Below, piece by piece: positions 5,445 through 6,235 of a stretch of 6,235 nt of DNA. The first letter of the stretch is position 1. Each line of letters opens with the position of its first letter. This DNA comes from Candidatus Woesearchaeota archaeon (GTDB lineage: Archaea; Nanobdellota; Nanobdellia; Woesearchaeales; GW2011-AR9), in contig JBDREV010000121.1 in the NCBI GenBank assembly GCA_043819375.1, forward strand, positions 1 through 6,235, in the 5' to 3' direction. Position numbers and translations under genes: made by a program. The notes beneath the pieces were generated by a model that worked only from the letters and a program-made list of their open reading frames with translations, was not told the DNA's origin and ran no database searches.

Positions 5445-5633
5445 ATGGGAAGAATCAAGACAACTTTAATGAAGAGAAAAACCAAAGAACTGTTAGGTTT
5501 ACATGGAGATAAGTTCACCGCAGATTTTGATGAGAACAAAAAGATTACTGAACAGTTTACTGACGTTTCCAGCAAGAAATTGAGGAATATTATTGCAGGA
5601 TATGCAACCAGGCTTAAGAAAAAAGAAGCGTAG
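5445..5633 (+). CDS. rps17e: 30S ribosomal protein eS17 (S17e)
   Basis: MGRIKTTLMKRKTKELLGLHGDKFTADFDENKKITEQFTDVSSKKLRNIIAGYATRL matches the archaeal S17e pattern (MG.IRT..VKR..KEL......FT.DFE.NK.......V.SK.LRN.IAGY.TR). The 62-aa length is typical. Confidence 0.9.
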   Translation: MGRIKTTLMKRKTKELLGLHGDKFTADFDENKKITEQFTDVSSKKLRNIIAGYATRLKKKEA

Positions 5634-5644
5634 GAGGTTAAAAA

Positions 5645-5926
5645 ATGGGAGAAGACAACTCTGTATTTATTGGTAACAAGCCGTTTATGAACTATGTTAC
5701 TGCAGTTGTGATGCAGTTTACGACCAAAGGCACACCAGAAGTAATTGTGAAGGCAAGAGGAAAGTTCATCAGTCGGGCTGTTGACGTGGCTGAAGTGTCT
5801 GCTAAGAGATTTCTGGACAACACAGTGGAAGTGAAAGACATCAAGATTGACAGTGAAGAATTTACCAACAAGGAAGGAAGAGAAGTAAGAGTAAGCAACA
5901 TTGAAATAACTTTATGTAAACGATAA
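5645..5926 (+). CDS. albA: Alba (Sac10b/Sso10b family) DNA/RNA-binding protein
   Basis: NSVFIGNKPFMNYVTAVVMQFTTKGTPEVIVKARGKFISRAVDVAEVSAKRFL...EGREVRVSNIEITL is collinear with Sso10b (NVVLIGKKPVMNYVLAAL...[26 protein letters not shown]...DGRQSRVSTIEIAI). AGGAGGT at 5632-5638 lies 6 nt upstream of ATG 5645 and overlaps the eS17 stop. Confidence 0.9.
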   Translation: MGEDNSVFIGNKPFMNYVTAVVMQFTTKGTPEVIVKARGKFISRAVDVAEVSAKRFLDNTVEVKDIKIDSEEFTNKEGREVRVSNIEITLCKR

Positions 5927-5944
5927 AACTTCTATACTATTTTC

Positions 5945-6235
5945 TTATTTTTCAATATTTTCCCAAATTTTCATTACTGCTTTTATATCTTTAGCTTTAG
6001 AGATCTCTTTGCGCATGACTGTGGCATTTTTAATTCCCTTAGTGAAATAGATCGCTTGCATCTTGATGTTCTTAAACTCAATTTTATGTTTTTTGGCAAG
6101 TTCTAGATACTCAAAGAATACTTTTTTATTATCAACTTTTTCAGAATATTCTCCTTTTTTATTGTACTCTTGGATCTGTTTAAAGATAAAAGGATTGCCG
6201 ATGGCTGCCCTGCCGATCATCACATAATCACAACC
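5945..6235 (-). CDS. tRNA-dihydrouridine synthase (Dus family), C-terminal part; the 5' end lies beyond the window
   Basis: The minus-strand frame is open to base 6235 and reads GCDYVMIGRAAIGNPFIFKQI... This is the conserved Dus motif (G.DGVMIGRGALGNPWIF) that ends the TIM barrel, followed by a helical C-terminal domain. Stop is at 5945-5947. The GTG/ATG at 6223 in the track is internal. Confidence 0.8.
   Translation of the reverse strand, partial: GCDYVMIGRAAIGNPFIFKQIQEYNKKGEYSEKVDNKKVFFEYLELAKKHKIEFKNIKMQAIYFTKGIKNATVMRKEISKAKDIKAVMKIWENIEK

Noticed and set aside
4143-5901. Other short ORFs: 4143-4427, 4267-4539 and 4636-4845 (antisense to metK), 5381-5575 (antisense to eS17 and its promoter), and 5692-5901 (antisense to Alba).
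   Set aside because: All of them overlap strongly supported genes on the other strand and lack promoter or SD context.
1-6235. CRISPR arrays, IS elements or transposase fragments, integrase or tRNA attachment sites, toxin-antitoxin pairs or defence islands.
   Set aside because: No regularly spaced direct repeats, terminal inverted repeats or nuclease/recombinase-like ORFs are visible. Every ORF longer than about 60 codons is accounted for by housekeeping genes, the regulator, the coiled-coil protein or the orphan.

Overview
This is an AT-rich, tightly packed archaeal chromosomal segment. The archaeal assignment rests on the stalk operon uL1-P0-P1, eS17, Alba, TATA-box promoters placed about 26-27 nt from start codons, oligo-T terminators, and GGAGG-type Shine-Dalgarno sites on internal genes. 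Gene order: uL1 (5' partial) > P0/uL10 > P1 > coiled-coil protein > < HTH-CBS regulator | metK > < 129-aa orphan | eS17 > Alba > < Dus (partial). I saw no rRNA, tRNA, CRISPR array or transposon. The small spacers (1-2 nt between some genes) and a bacterial-type metK suggest a small-genome archaeon, possibly DPANN-like, but lineage cannot be fixed from this window. Main finding: the bacterial-type metK is interrupted 18-19 codons in by 29 nt that carry stop codons. These 29 nt fold into a helix / 3-nt bulge / 4-bp helix / 3-nt bulge / helix arrangement, which is the bulge-helix-bulge geometry. The two bulges lie exactly 29 nt apart, and cutting within them rebuilds the conserved [13 protein letters not shown] motif and a 386-aa protein. 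It is therefore a candidate endonuclease-spliced intron in a protein-coding mRNA, with pseudogene or assembly error as alternatives. Secondary findings: (1) a divergent HTH-CBS regulator next to metK, with a 7-6-7 inverted repeat in the shared promoter region; (2) a P0 stalk protein with a roughly 164-aa K/E/P-rich extension that lacks the conserved factor-binding tail P1 retains; (3) an archaeal coiled-coil protein directly downstream of the stalk genes; (4) a small orphan protein with a winged-helix-like C-terminus.
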